From: Candidatus Zixiibacteriota bacterium
GTDB taxonomy: Bacteria > Zixibacteria > MSB-5A5 > GN15 > FEB-12
NCBI GenBank assembly: GCA_028715215.1
Contig: JAQUSF010000003.1
Location: 1-63,207, forward strand
DNA: 63,207 bases
Direction of reading: 5' to 3'
Each line of letters begins with the position of its first letter. Position 1 is the first letter of the stretch. A program made the translations under genes and the position numbers. The notes beneath the pieces are model-generated. The model was not told the origin of the DNA. It saw only the letters and a program-made list of their open reading frames with translations, and made no database searches. Shown one piece after another: positions 37,649 to 47,274 of the stretch.

Positions 37649-38173
37649 TTACTGGTCGTTGAATAAACCCGCCTGGTCGATAATTATTTTTTTCTCTTTA
37701 ATGTTTATATCCTTGACGAACCGCCGGATAGCCGCCAGCACCGTTTCGTCGCCGTTTTCCTTTTTAATCACATATACATCATTGGCCGGCTGCTGCTGAA
37801 CGTCGACCAGCTCTCCTATAAATACTCCGGTCTGGAAATCGAAAACACGGCAACCGATGAGGTCGAAAATGAAATAAGCGCCTTCGGGAAGTTTCACCAG
37901 CTGGTTTTCGGTTACCGCCAGATTACAATTGGTCAAGCGCGCCGCTTCTTCGGGATTATCAATACCCTTTAATTTCAGAACCGGCCGACCGGAAACTAGG
38001 ATGGCCGATTCGATGGTGAATTTTATCCATTGCCCGCGATTGTCGATAAATATTTCCTTCTGACCGACGAATCGCTCCGGGAAATCAGTCAGGGGCGTCA
38101 CATATATTTCTCCTTTGACACCACGGACTTTGCCTAATTTCCCAACCGTAATGAATTTCTGGTCTTCAGCCAA
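37649..38173 (-). CDS. rimM: 16S rRNA processing protein RimM
   Basis: ITVGKLGKVRGVKGEI, a PRC-barrel C-terminus and its conserved operon position. Confidence 0.9.
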   Translation of the reverse strand: MAEDQKFITVGKLGKVRGVKGEIYVTPLTDFPERFVGQKEIFIDNRGQWIKFTIESAILVSGRPVLKLKGIDNPEEAARLTNCNLAVTENQLVKLPEGAYFIFDLIGCRVFDFQTGVFIGELVDVQQQPANDVYVIKKENGDETVLAAIRRFVKDINIKEKKIIIDQAGLFNDQ

Positions 38174-38404
38174 TTATTCCAGAATCTCTAAGACGGCACG
38201 TTTTCCTTTACGGGCGGAGATGGCAGCCAGCAGAGTCCGAATCGACTTCGCTGTCTGGCCCTGTTTGCCGATGACTTTACCGAGATCACCCTGGCCAACC
38301 CGTAGTTCATAGACCGTGGTGCGGCTGCCTTCGACTTCGTTGACATTAACCTCATCGGGGTTATCAACCAGAGCTTTGACGATGAATTCGATGAATTCCT
38401 TCAT
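38174..38404 (-). CDS. KH-domain RNA-binding protein (YlqC/UPF0109-like)
   Basis: 76 aa containing [18 protein letters not shown] (GxxG). It occupies the conserved position between rpsP and rimM. Confidence 0.85.
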   Translation of the reverse strand: MKEFIEFIVKALVDNPDEVNVNEVEGSRTTVYELRVGQGDLGKVIGKQGQTAKSIRTLLAAISARKGKRAVLEILE

Positions 38405-38468
38405 GTCATTAATCCTTTCGAATAATCATTAGCGTTAGCGTGTCAAAATATCATTGTGTATCGGAGAA

Positions 38469-38492
38469 CAGACGGCGCCCGGGCGCCGTCTG
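38469..38492 (-). other. perfect 24-nt GC-rich palindrome / stem-loop between rpsP and the KH gene
   Basis: CAGACGGCGC-CCGG-GCGCCGTCTG has a 10-bp stem. It lies 9 nt after the rpsP stop and has no proper U-run. Confidence 0.5.
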
Positions 38493-38500
38493 CCGGGTAT

Positions 38501-38917
38501 TTATTCACTCTTTGTTTCTGTGTTTTCCGCTGGTTTATCCTCTTTCGTTTCGGCGGTAGCTTCAGCCTTCAATACGGCTTTTTTGGCTTTGCGGGTCTTT
38601 TTCTTCCGCTCGGTGATATGGGTTTTAAGGGCTATCGCGGAAACATCCTCACCTCTTTTGACTTTTTCGTATTTTTCAATAAAGCCAATCTGGGATAACA
38701 GTGTCCTGACGGTGTCGCTGGGAATAGCTCCCTGGTCAAGCCATTTGGTAAGTTTGTCTTCAACTACGGAAATAACCGCCGGTTTGGTTATCGGGTTATA
38801 AGTGCCGATATTTTCAAGAAACCGACCGTCGCGCGCACGTCGTGAATCAGCTGCCACAATCCGATAGAAGGGTCGCTTCTTTGCTCCCATTCGTCGTAAT
38901 CTGATATGAACTGCCAA
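38501..38917 (-). CDS. rpsP: 30S ribosomal protein S16 with a Lys/Glu-rich C-terminal extension
   Basis: [42 protein letters not shown]. Confidence 0.95.
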   Translation of the reverse strand: MAVHIRLRRMGAKKRPFYRIVAADSRRARDGRFLENIGTYNPITKPAVISVVEDKLTKWLDQGAIPSDTVRTLLSQIGFIEKYEKVKRGEDVSAIALKTHITERKKKTRKAKKAVLKAEATAETKEDKPAENTETKSE

Positions 38918-38944
38918 GAGAAGAATCCTCCATTCTCACGGGTC

Positions 38945-40267
38945 CTAAAAAGGCATCAGCCCTTTGGGTAAGCCCATGAATTTCTTTTTACTCATATTAC
39001 TGAACATTTTTTGCATCGTAAAAAACTGCTTTAGAAGCTGGTTAACCGCCTGGACGGAGTTGCCCGAGCCGGCGGCGATTCTTTTTTTGCGGGAACCGTC
39101 GATAAGCGTGGGATTACGGCGTTCCTGAACGGTCATCGATTTGATTATGGCCGTCATGCGTTCAATTTGCCGTTCATCGAATTTGATGCCCTTAAGAGCC
39201 TTACCCATACCCGGTATCATCCCCATAAGCGATTCCAGCGGTCCCATTTTTTTCAGCTGGTTAGCCTGGTCAAGGAAATCCTCGAAATCGAATTGCGCCT
39301 TGAGAATTTTTTCCTGCAATTTCTCGGCTTTTTCCATATCGATTGTTTCCTGCGCCTTTTCCACCAGGGTAACGACATCGCCCATTCCCAGTATCCGCGA
39401 GGCCAGGCGGTCGGGATGGAAAGGCTCCAGGTCCGATAATTTTTCACCGACCGAAGCCAGTTTGATAGGGCAGCCGGTGACTTTGCGAATAGAAAGAGCC
39501 GCTCCACCACGGGCGTCACCGTCGAGCTTGGTCAAAACCACCCCGCTGATTTTAAGCCGGCGGTTGAATTCTTCGGCGACATTAACGGCATCCTGACCGG
39601 TCATGCTGTCGGCTACCAGGAGCAGTTCATCGGGCTTGATGAGCGTCTGAATCTGTTCCAGCTCCTGCATCATGACATCGTCGATATGCAGGCGTCCGGC
39701 GGTGTCAAGAATTACCAGGTCAAAGAAATTTTTAGCGGCATAACCGACGGCCTGTTTGCATATTTCCGGCGGTTTTTTGTTTTCCAGACTGAAAACCTCG
39801 ACATCGATCTCCCTGCCGAGCACCTGCAACTGGTGTATGGCGGCCGGCCGGTAAATGTCGGCGGCGACCAGCAGGGTTTTTTTGGTTTTACGTTTGGTCA
39901 TGAGAGCGATTTTACCGCAAAGAGTGGTCTTACCGGAACCCTGCAAACCGCAAATCATGTACACCGTCGGAGTTTTATCCACCGGCGCCAGCGGTTCAGT
40001 TTTTCCGCCCAGCAGCGCCACCAGCTCATCGTGGACGATTTTAACAATCATCTGACCGGGTTCAATCGACTGCAGAACCTCGGTGCCGACTGCTTTATCC
40101 TGTACAGCTTTAACGAAATCACGGGCCACCTTGTAATTGACATCCGCTTCGAGCAAGGCCTGACGGACTTCCCGTAAAGAATCCTGGATGTTCTTCTCGG
40201 TGAGCTTGCCGGCACCGCGAAGTTTTTTTAAAACCGCTTCCAGTTTGTCGGATAAAAGACCAAACAT
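38945..40267 (-). CDS. ffh: signal recognition particle protein Ffh
   Basis: GLQGSGKTT, DTAGRL, TKLDGDARGGAALS and a Met-rich M domain. Confidence 0.95.
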   Translation of the reverse strand: MFGLLSDKLEAVLKKLRGAGKLTEKNIQDSLREVRQALLEADVNYKVARDFVKAVQDKAVGTEVLQSIEPGQMIVKIVHDELVALLGGKTEPLAPVDKTPTVYMICGLQGSGKTTLCGKIALMTKRKTKKTLLVAADIYRPAAIHQLQVLGREIDVEVFSLENKKPPEICKQAVGYAAKNFFDLVILDTAGRLHIDDVMMQELEQIQTLIKPDELLLVADSMTGQDAVNVAEEFNRRLKISGVVLTKLDGDARGGAALSIRKVTGCPIKLASVGEKLSDLEPFHPDRLASRILGMGDVVTLVEKAQETIDMEKAEKLQEKILKAQFDFEDFLDQANQLKKMGPLESLMGMIPGMGKALKGIKFDERQIERMTAIIKSMTVQERRNPTLIDGSRKKRIAAGSGNSVQAVNQLLKQFFTMQKMFSNMSKKKFMGLPKGLMPF

Positions 40268-40474
40268 AATTTTATTTCATTCCATTTATTACAAATGTCC
40301 AAAAGGACATACTTATATCTTTGGGAAACATCTAAAAATGTCTTCCAGAACCCACCAATATACGATATTCACATTAATTGGCAAGGGCTTTATAGGTTAA
40401 CAAAAAGAAATACCGTCCCGGGATTTTATTATATTTTATTGTTCGGCAACAGGTTGTAAAAATACTAATTTTTT

Positions 40475-41347
40475 TCAATCTTTTTTGAGGTATTTTTTCA
40501 ACCATTGCCGGCGGTGATGGTCGATTTCCCGGTAGGTGCCGTCTTTCAAAGCTACATGAGTACCTTCCTTTAAAATAACAAACTTATGAGGGATATTGAG
40601 TTTTTTTAATTTATCTACCAGTAATTCGGATTGTTCCACCGGCACCACCGTATCTTTTAAGCCATGTAAAATCAATAGGGGTACATGGGGCGGTAATTTT
40701 TCGGCAAAATGAACCACCGAGCGTCGGTCAAGTTCTGACCGGCGGTCCTCACGGCATAAATTTTTAAAAAGTTTGTTGAGATATTTTCTGAAATCTTCTT
40801 TTTGTTCGCACAGACGGTTCACGTCGGTAATACCGGCATGGACAATAGCACATTTGAACCTGGCATAGCGGGTGAGCGCCAGGTAAGTCGTCATACCGCC
40901 GCGGCTGGCGCCTTCGATAGCGACCAGGTCGGTATCGGCTTCGGGAATATTTCGGGAGGTTTCAAGCAGGTTAAGAGCGTCGTTGACGTCATCGCCACCC
41001 CAGGTCTCGGTCCCCTCACTGCCCCTGTTACCGCGGTACTGGGTGGCCAGAACGACATAGCCCCATACTGCGGTTGACGCTAAAATGAGATAAGCGGTCA
41101 GGTCATCGAGGGCGCCTTTGTCGCCGGAACCGCCCCGGTTCCAGATAAGAACCGGGTAAATACCTTTTTCCCGGGGGCGGGCACAATAACCGTTGATGCG
41201 TAAGCCGTCAGAGAGGTAGGTTATTCTTTCCAATATCGTTCCGGTAATTACTTCCTCGTTATAAAGGCGCTCCACCGTGGCTTTCGAAGGTTGGTTGAGT
41301 TCTACTTTTTCCCGGTGAATAATGATACCGTCGGTAGGGTTTGTCAT
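40475..41347 (-). CDS. alpha/beta hydrolase, S9 prolyl-oligopeptidase/dienelactone-hydrolase-like
   Basis: Nucleophile elbow GASRGG; late Asp/His segments at HGLKDTVVP and EGTHV. Confidence 0.75.
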   Translation of the reverse strand: MTNPTDGIIIHREKVELNQPSKATVERLYNEEVITGTILERITYLSDGLRINGYCARPREKGIYPVLIWNRGGSGDKGALDDLTAYLILASTAVWGYVVLATQYRGNRGSEGTETWGGDDVNDALNLLETSRNIPEADTDLVAIEGASRGGMTTYLALTRYARFKCAIVHAGITDVNRLCEQKEDFRKYLNKLFKNLCREDRRSELDRRSVVHFAEKLPPHVPLLILHGLKDTVVPVEQSELLVDKLKKLNIPHKFVILKEGTHVALKDGTYREIDHHRRQWLKKYLKKD

Positions 41348-41363
41348 AGCTTTTAGCTGTTTA

Positions 41364-42179
41364 CTATTTGGGCTGGATAGTACTTACGACCAGGTCGATT
41401 TCGGTGCCGTTGTCAAGTTCGGTGCCGACCGGTTCCGATTGCTCCAGGACGGTTTCGGGCAGATAGTTTTCATCGGTGCGGTAGGTAATAACGCCCACCT
41501 TAAGATATTTATCCAGGATTAACTTGGTGGCTTCGGAAAGCGGCAGCCCGATTGCTTTGGGCATATAGGTGAAATTGGAAGCCCGGCCCTTGTTGACCAT
41601 CAGGTTGACCGATGAACCCAGGGGGATTTCTGCGCCGGCTTCCGGGTATGAGAACACGACTACTTTTTCGGGTATGGTGTCGGAGAAAGCCCAGTCGATT
41701 TTCCCGAGATTGAGACCGGCGGTTTCGAGGTCAAGCATTGCCTGCCTTACGGATTTGCCCGCGACATCGGGAATAAGCACCATCTTTTTGCCCAGAGATA
41801 CGACGAATTTGATAACCCGCCCGGCCTTGACCTTGGTGGTCGGAACCGGGAACTGGTTGAGAATAACGCCCTGCTCTTTGCCGGGAGAGTATTCTTCGGA
41901 AGCAATCTCATATTGCAAACCCAGCTGGGTAAGCGACGCCTGAACCTCGACCAGACGCTGGCCGATAAAATCAGGCAGGTTGAATTCACTGCCGTGACGG
42001 GTTATGAGAGGCATAATAATCTGGTCGGTTATCATAATCAGAAGAAAAATTATCACCAGCGGCAGAATGGCATATAAGCCGATTTTCCTCTGCAAGGTAC
42101 CGTGGGGAAGAAGTTTCGATAGGAAACCGGTTTGTTTTCTCGGCGTCTGCTGAAATCTTGAGGCGCGTATCTGGTTCAT
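41364..42179 (-). CDS. membrane-anchored protein with three PASTA domains
   Basis: One TM helix is followed by three ~65-aa repeats (LPDFIGQRLVEVQ..L..LGL; IPDVAGKSVRQAMLDLETAGL; MPKAIGLPLSEATKLIL). No kinase or transpeptidase domain is present. Confidence 0.75.
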   Translation of the reverse strand: MNQIRASRFQQTPRKQTGFLSKLLPHGTLQRKIGLYAILPLVIIFLLIMITDQIIMPLITRHGSEFNLPDFIGQRLVEVQASLTQLGLQYEIASEEYSPGKEQGVILNQFPVPTTKVKAGRVIKFVVSLGKKMVLIPDVAGKSVRQAMLDLETAGLNLGKIDWAFSDTIPEKVVVFSYPEAGAEIPLGSSVNLMVNKGRASNFTYMPKAIGLPLSEATKLILDKYLKVGVITYRTDENYLPETVLEQSEPVGTELDNGTEIDLVVSTIQPK

Positions 42180-42301
42180 ACTGACATTTTTTCTATAAGT
42201 CGCTTATCTTTTTACCGCTTCGAACCTGATAAGTTTAATAGAATTTACCAGGTTCCGAAAAGTTTTTTATTTTTTTAAAGAAAATCAAGATTAAAATGCC
42301 G

Positions 42302-43672
42302 TCAGTTTTCGAGTTTACGTTTCATCCGGGCGCAAAAAGAGCCGTCAAGTTGCGGGAAATCCGGGTAAGTTTTAATATAACCGCGTTCGTTGACCAGTTC
42401 GCTGTGGAAAAACTGGGCGGCGGATTCAATTTCAAAATTGCGGTTACGCAGGAGAAATTCTTCGATAATCTGGTCGTTTTCCTTACGCATTATGGTACAG
42501 GTGGAATAAACAAGCACACCGCCGGGTTTAACCAGGCGGGCCGCCCGGTCGAGCATTTTATTTTGAATTTTTACCAGATTGATGATATCCTGGGGTTTTT
42601 TTTTCCAGCGAAGGTCGGCTCTTTTTCCCGCTGTTCCCCAGCCGGAACAGGGGGGGTCAAGAAGTACCCGGTCAAAAGGACCGCCTTTGAACTCGGCCAT
42701 ATCGCAGAACACCGGGGCAATAATTTTAATCCCTTGAATCTGGGCATTTTCCGCCAGGATTTCCAGCCGCTTATGGGATTTGTCCAGAGCCGTTACCCGA
42801 CCCTTGTTACGCATGCGGATAGCCATATAGGTAGCCTTACCACCGGGAGCGGCGGTCAGGTCGATGACGTTGTCGCCCGGCTTTGGATTTAATAATCTGA
42901 CGGGTATTCCGGCTGATTCGTCCTGAACGAATACTTTCCCTGATTTCAAAAGCTGGTCTTCAAGAGGTAAGCCGCTTCCGTTGATATGAATGAATTCCGG
43001 CAGGTAGCGGCCGAAGGAGAATTCAATTTTATTTTCCTGTAATATATGTGTGACCTCATCCGGTTTGGCCTTAAGGAAATTAACCCGGTAAGTTACATGG
43101 GGCGGTTTGTTATAGGCATCCAGAAGCTTCTCGGCTTTTTCCATGCCGAATTCCTGCACACAGTATTTAACGAAGTAATCCGGATAACTGTAAAAGTCGG
43201 CCAGGTATTTAACCGGGTCGTTTTCACGGGAAACGAAAACGACTTTTTGGGGTTCTCTTAGGCGGGAGCGGAGAACGGCATTGATCATGCCGGCGTGGGA
43301 TTTTTCGGTAAAGTGACGAGCCAGGTTTACGGCTTCGGAAACCGCCGCCGCCGCCGGCACCCGGGAATTAAAGAGTATTTGATAAAATCCCAGCCGCAGG
43401 ATATTGGACAGTAATAAAGGGAGGTCGCTCGAGGGTTTCGAAAGATAGAATTTTATTTCGTGGTCCAAACGCCGCAGCATCTTGGTTGTCCCGTTAACCA
43501 GCTGAAGCAAAAAACGGTTATCCAGCGGACGGAAATTCTGACCGCTGGTGACCAGCCTGATGGCTTCATCGGCCTGTTCACCCTGCTGAATAAGAACCAA
43601 AGCTTCCAGGGCGGCGGCGCGCACCCGGTCGTATTTGACGTCATCGGGTCGGTTGTTTTTTTCCAGAGGCAT
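42302..43672 (-). CDS. rsmB: 16S rRNA (cytosine967-C5)-methyltransferase RsmB/Sun-like
   Basis: NusB-like N-terminal domain, DLTAAPGGKATY, LLDPPCSGWG and YSTCT. I prefer the ATG at 43672 (MPLEKNN...). The track start at 43753 would overlap the upstream gene by 77 nt. Confidence 0.85.
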   Translation of the reverse strand: MPLEKNNRPDDVKYDRVRAAALEALVLIQQGEQADEAIRLVTSGQNFRPLDNRFLLQLVNGTTKMLRRLDHEIKFYLSKPSSDLPLLLSNILRLGFYQILFNSRVPAAAAVSEAVNLARHFTEKSHAGMINAVLRSRLREPQKVVFVSRENDPVKYLADFYSYPDYFVKYCVQEFGMEKAEKLLDAYNKPPHVTYRVNFLKAKPDEVTHILQENKIEFSFGRYLPEFIHINGSGLPLEDQLLKSGKVFVQDESAGIPVRLLNPKPGDNVIDLTAAPGGKATYMAIRMRNKGRVTALDKSHKRLEILAENAQIQGIKIIAPVFCDMAEFKGGPFDRVLLDPPCSGWGTAGKRADLRWKKKPQDIINLVKIQNKMLDRAARLVKPGGVLVYSTCTIMRKENDQIIEEFLLRNRNFEIESAAQFFHSELVNERGYIKTYPDFPQLDGSFCARMKRKLEN

Positions 43673-43676
43673 AATA

Positions 43677-46184
43677 TTATAAATCCATAGGGTCGATTTT
43701 ACGGTCACCTTCAAGGCGATACATCGCCCGGCGATGGAACGGCAGGGCGGCACCGGCGCTTTTCAGACCGTTTTTTAAAAATTCCACGACTTCGTTTGGA
43801 CGGGCATAACCCCCGTCACCCAGCCCCAGAGTCATTATCAGCATCGAGCCGTCAACTTTTAAATTGTAAACCGCCGACCGGATATCCATTCGGCGGCTTT
43901 CATTTTTGGTCACCCGGTCAATTTCGAGTTTTTCGGACTTATTTAAAACGGCCATTTCGCTTTCCAGGGTTTCGATACTTGCCCATTCCTCGACAGGAAT
44001 ACTGTACTCCACCCGATTCAGAGCCGCTGAGAGCGAGGGCGCCTTATCCAGAACCGCCCGGGCGTTGTAAATATCAACCCCTGCGGGTAATGTTTTTTGC
44101 AGGTTGTCGAGCATATAGGGCATAAAAGTCGTTTCCAGAGTTATATCGACATATTCCGCCTCGGACGTGAATCCCAGCGGAAGCGGCGGCCCGAATGATA
44201 GTTTCATCGTGGGATTAAAACCCTGGCTGTAGGCGACCGGAAGATGCGCTCGACGAATGGCACGCTCCAGGAGGCGCAGGTTGTCAAGGTGCGACATATA
44301 CCTGTAGCGGCTTGACTTCCCCCAGTGAATACGGAAACGGTTCTTGGTGGGAGCCGCCACATTTCGGGACGGCACTTTTTTCTTACCCCGGCCGAAGGCA
44401 AGCCGGTTGTTATTATCCGGCTCCAAAGGCTTTTCATTTCCGGTTTGAGCCCGGGGTGTGTATTCCTTCAACTGAACCGATGTCTTCCGGCGTTCTTCCT
44501 GAAGGTGTTCCGTTGAAACGCCCTTTTCGATATGGTCCCAGGGCAGTACTGCCGAGAAAGGAATAGCTTTCAGGGCGTCATCGATATTAATATTATTTTC
44601 TTTGAGAGCTTCTACCCAGGTTTCGTATTCAAAGTCTTCACTCCAGTGGTCAAAACGACAACCGTGTTTGTAAGCGGTCTCGAGCGCCGCGCCAATCTGA
44701 CGCCCCCCCCGGCTGAGAACACTGAGCAGTTTCGATAATTTGGTATCCTCGTGCTTGATATGTATTTGATTGATATTTAGCCGTTTCTTGATAAAGAGTA
44801 TCCGGCGGTAGGCTTCCTGGTCATTGATAGCCTCATCCCATTGAAATGGTGTAAAGGGTTTGGGAATAAAAGGCGAAATAGAAACATTAATTGTTTTCCG
44901 GGCGGGGTAGTCCTGACCTATCTGATGAATATTACGGCACAGATTGACGATGCCCAGAAGATCTTCATCTGTCTCCGTCGGCAGGCCGACTATGAAATAC
45001 AGTTTAATGGTTGTCCAGCCTTTTTGGAAGGCCATGCGGGCAGTGTCGTAAATGGCTTCGTCGGGAAAGTTTTTCCGGATAAACAAGCGCAGGCGTTCCG
45101 TGCCGGCCTCGGGAGCTATTGTCAGACCGTAATTGCGGACTTTCTTAACCGCCTCCAAGAGGGTCGGGCTGATAGAACCCGGTCTCAGCGAGGGCAGGGC
45201 GATGGAAACTTTCCGTTGTTCGAGGCGGCGGGCAAGGTTGGCGGCCAGGGTTTCAATATGGGGGTAGTCCGACGATGACAGGGACATCAAACATACTTCT
45301 TCATAACCGGTGTTGTCGATTTGTTGTTCGATTTGGTCGGTGATTTCGTTTTGAGGGCGCAGTCGCACCGGGCGGTAAATCGGCCCTGCCATGCAGAAGC
45401 GACAGCTCTGGGGACACCCCCTCATGATTTCCACCCCCAGGTGGTTATGCACGGTTTCGATAAGGGGAACTAGGGGCTGTTTCGGGTAATATTCCGGTTT
45501 GAGCTGTCGCACCACCCGGGCTTTAATTTTGGGCGGAGCGAAATCTTTGAGCGGTCGGTGTTCCGAGTCGTAAAAAGCGGGGATATAAACCGAGCTTATA
45601 CCACGCCCGAGAGCCTCCAGTTTTTCTAAGCGGGATTTGCCCTTAAGGCGATAAAGAATCTCCAGCATTTCAGGCAAACCTTCTTCAGCGTCACCAATGA
45701 AGAACAAGTCGATGAAATCAGCCAGGGGTTCCGGGTTATAGGCAGCCGGGCCGCCGGCCATGACCAGGGGATGGCGGTCGTCACGCAGTTCCGACCGCAG
45801 GGGAATACCGGCCAGGTCGAGCATGGTTAAGAGATTGGTATAAACCGATTCGTCCACCAGGGTAAAACCGATAGCGTCGAAAGCCGTTGCCGGGCGCCAG
45901 GATTCCAGAGAAAAAAGCGGGATTTTTTCCCGACGCATGATTTCTTCCGCGTCGCGGTCAACGGCAAAAACCCGTTCGCATAAAAACCGGTCGTCCTGAT
46001 TTATAATATGGTATATCGTCTGGAGACCAGGATAAGATTGTCCCAGCTCATACTTGTCGGGATAGGCATGAAGATAATTAATCCGACCCGAAGGGTCTTT
46101 TGTTATTTGTCCCGGTTCGCCGCCGGTGTAACGACCGGGTTTTATAACGAAGGGAAAGAGTTTTTTTTCGAGTAAAGTTTTCAT
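43677..46184 (-). CDS. radical SAM protein (B12-binding-like N-terminal domain) fused to a DUF2344-like C-terminal domain
   Basis: MRGCPQSCRFCMAG is a CxxxCxxC cluster motif. The N-terminus reads KPGRYTGGE, and the C-terminal ~230 aa read RIHWGKSSRYRYMSHLDNLRLLERAIRRA. The ATG at 46184 is preferred over the TTG at 46250. Confidence 0.8.
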   Translation of the reverse strand: MKTLLEKKLFPFVIKPGRYTGGEPGQITKDPSGRINYLHAYPDKYELGQSYPGLQTIYHIINQDDRFLCERVFAVDRDAEEIMRREKIPLFSLESWRPATAFDAIGFTLVDESVYTNLLTMLDLAGIPLRSELRDDRHPLVMAGGPAAYNPEPLADFIDLFFIGDAEEGLPEMLEILYRLKGKSRLEKLEALGRGISSVYIPAFYDSEHRPLKDFAPPKIKARVVRQLKPEYYPKQPLVPLIETVHNHLGVEIMRGCPQSCRFCMAGPIYRPVRLRPQNEITDQIEQQIDNTGYEEVCLMSLSSSDYPHIETLAANLARRLEQRKVSIALPSLRPGSISPTLLEAVKKVRNYGLTIAPEAGTERLRLFIRKNFPDEAIYDTARMAFQKGWTTIKLYFIVGLPTETDEDLLGIVNLCRNIHQIGQDYPARKTINVSISPFIPKPFTPFQWDEAINDQEAYRRILFIKKRLNINQIHIKHEDTKLSKLLSVLSRGGRQIGAALETAYKHGCRFDHWSEDFEYETWVEALKENNINIDDALKAIPFSAVLPWDHIEKGVSTEHLQEERRKTSVQLKEYTPRAQTGNEKPLEPDNNNRLAFGRGKKKVPSRNVAAPTKNRFRIHWGKSSRYRYMSHLDNLRLLERAIRRAHLPVAYSQGFNPTMKLSFGPPLPLGFTSEAEYVDITLETTFMPYMLDNLQKTLPAGVDIYNARAVLDKAPSLSAALNRVEYSIPVEEWASIETLESEMAVLNKSEKLEIDRVTKNESRRMDIRSAVYNLKVDGSMLIMTLGLGDGGYARPNEVVEFLKNGLKSAGAALPFHRRAMYRLEGDRKIDPMDL

Positions 46185-46274
46185 TCGAACAAGTGCTGCG
46201 CTTTCACTTTCAGGGTATTCAACAATAACAGAATAAGAAAAAGGACGCAAGCGGGAAAAGTTGTTTTAGCTGCT

Positions 46275-47273
46275 TTATTGGAGTTTCAGGTACGGAACGG
46301 CTTCGCTTATAAATTCGCCCGGACCTTCCTTTTCAAACCGGTAGAAACCCGCGGCGGCTATCATGGCGGCGTTATCGGTACAGAGTACCGGCGAAGGATA
46401 AAAAAGATATTTATTTACGTGCTTTAGTTTTTCGGTCATGAGGTTTCTCAGGCGGCTGTTGGCGGCAACACCGCCGGATATGGTAACATGACGGATATTT
46501 TTTTCCTGGGCCGCCCTGACGGTTTTTTCCACCAGGATTTCGACCACCGCTTCCTGGAAAGAAGCCGCAATATCGGCTTGGTGTTTTTCAAATGTAGCCC
46601 GGTCCAGCTTATTAAGATACAAGCTTACGGCAGTTTTCAAACCGGAAAAGGAGAAATAGTACCCTTCTTTGCGCATAGCACGGGGAAAACGATAATATTG
46701 GGGGTTGCCTTCACGAGCCAGTCTATCAACTTCCGCCCCGCCGGGATAACCCAGGCCCATCAGCTTGGCGACTTTATCAAAAGCTTCCCCGGCGGCGTCA
46801 TCCTTGGTCTTACCGAGAATTTCATACTCGCCGAACCGTCTGACTTCAACCAGCATTGTATGGCCGCCGGAGACAATTAAAGTCAGGTGATGCGGGTCAA
46901 GGTCGGGATGTTCCAGGATATTGGCGGCCAGGTGCCCCTCCATGTGGTTGACGGCTATAAAAGGGATATGAGCGGCAAACGCCAGGCCCTTGGCAAAAGA
47001 CAATCCCACCAGGAGCGGTCCCACCAGCCCGGGACCCATGGTGGCGGCTATTAAATTGATTTGCTTCAGGGATACGCCGGCTTTGCTCAAAGCCTGCCGG
47101 TAGATGGGTGTTATGGTTTTCAAATGTTCCCGACTGGCAACTTCAGGGACCACCCCTCCGAATTCGGTGTGAATCATCTGCGACAGGATTATATTGGATA
47201 ATATCCTGCGCCCGTCCTCAACGACCGCCATCGAGGTTTCATCGCATGAGGTTTCAATGCCCAGTGTCATCAT
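46275..47273 (-). CDS. tsaD: tRNA N6-adenosine threonylcarbamoyltransferase TsaD
   Basis: GIETSCDETS, NHMEGH, SGGHT, ISGGVAAN. Confidence 0.95.
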   Translation of the reverse strand: MMTLGIETSCDETSMAVVEDGRRILSNIILSQMIHTEFGGVVPEVASREHLKTITPIYRQALSKAGVSLKQINLIAATMGPGLVGPLLVGLSFAKGLAFAAHIPFIAVNHMEGHLAANILEHPDLDPHHLTLIVSGGHTMLVEVRRFGEYEILGKTKDDAAGEAFDKVAKLMGLGYPGGAEVDRLAREGNPQYYRFPRAMRKEGYYFSFSGLKTAVSLYLNKLDRATFEKHQADIAASFQEAVVEILVEKTVRAAQEKNIRHVTISGGVAANSRLRNLMTEKLKHVNKYLFYPSPVLCTDNAAMIAAAGFYRFEKEGPGEFISEAVPYLKLQ

Positions 47274-47274
47274 A

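Noticed and set aside
43673-43753. Upstream extension of rsmB (track start 43753)
   Set aside because: The extension would overlap the radical-SAM gene by 77 nt and adds a non-conserved, Cys/Arg-rich peptide. The ATG at 43672 gives a typical RsmB N-terminus.
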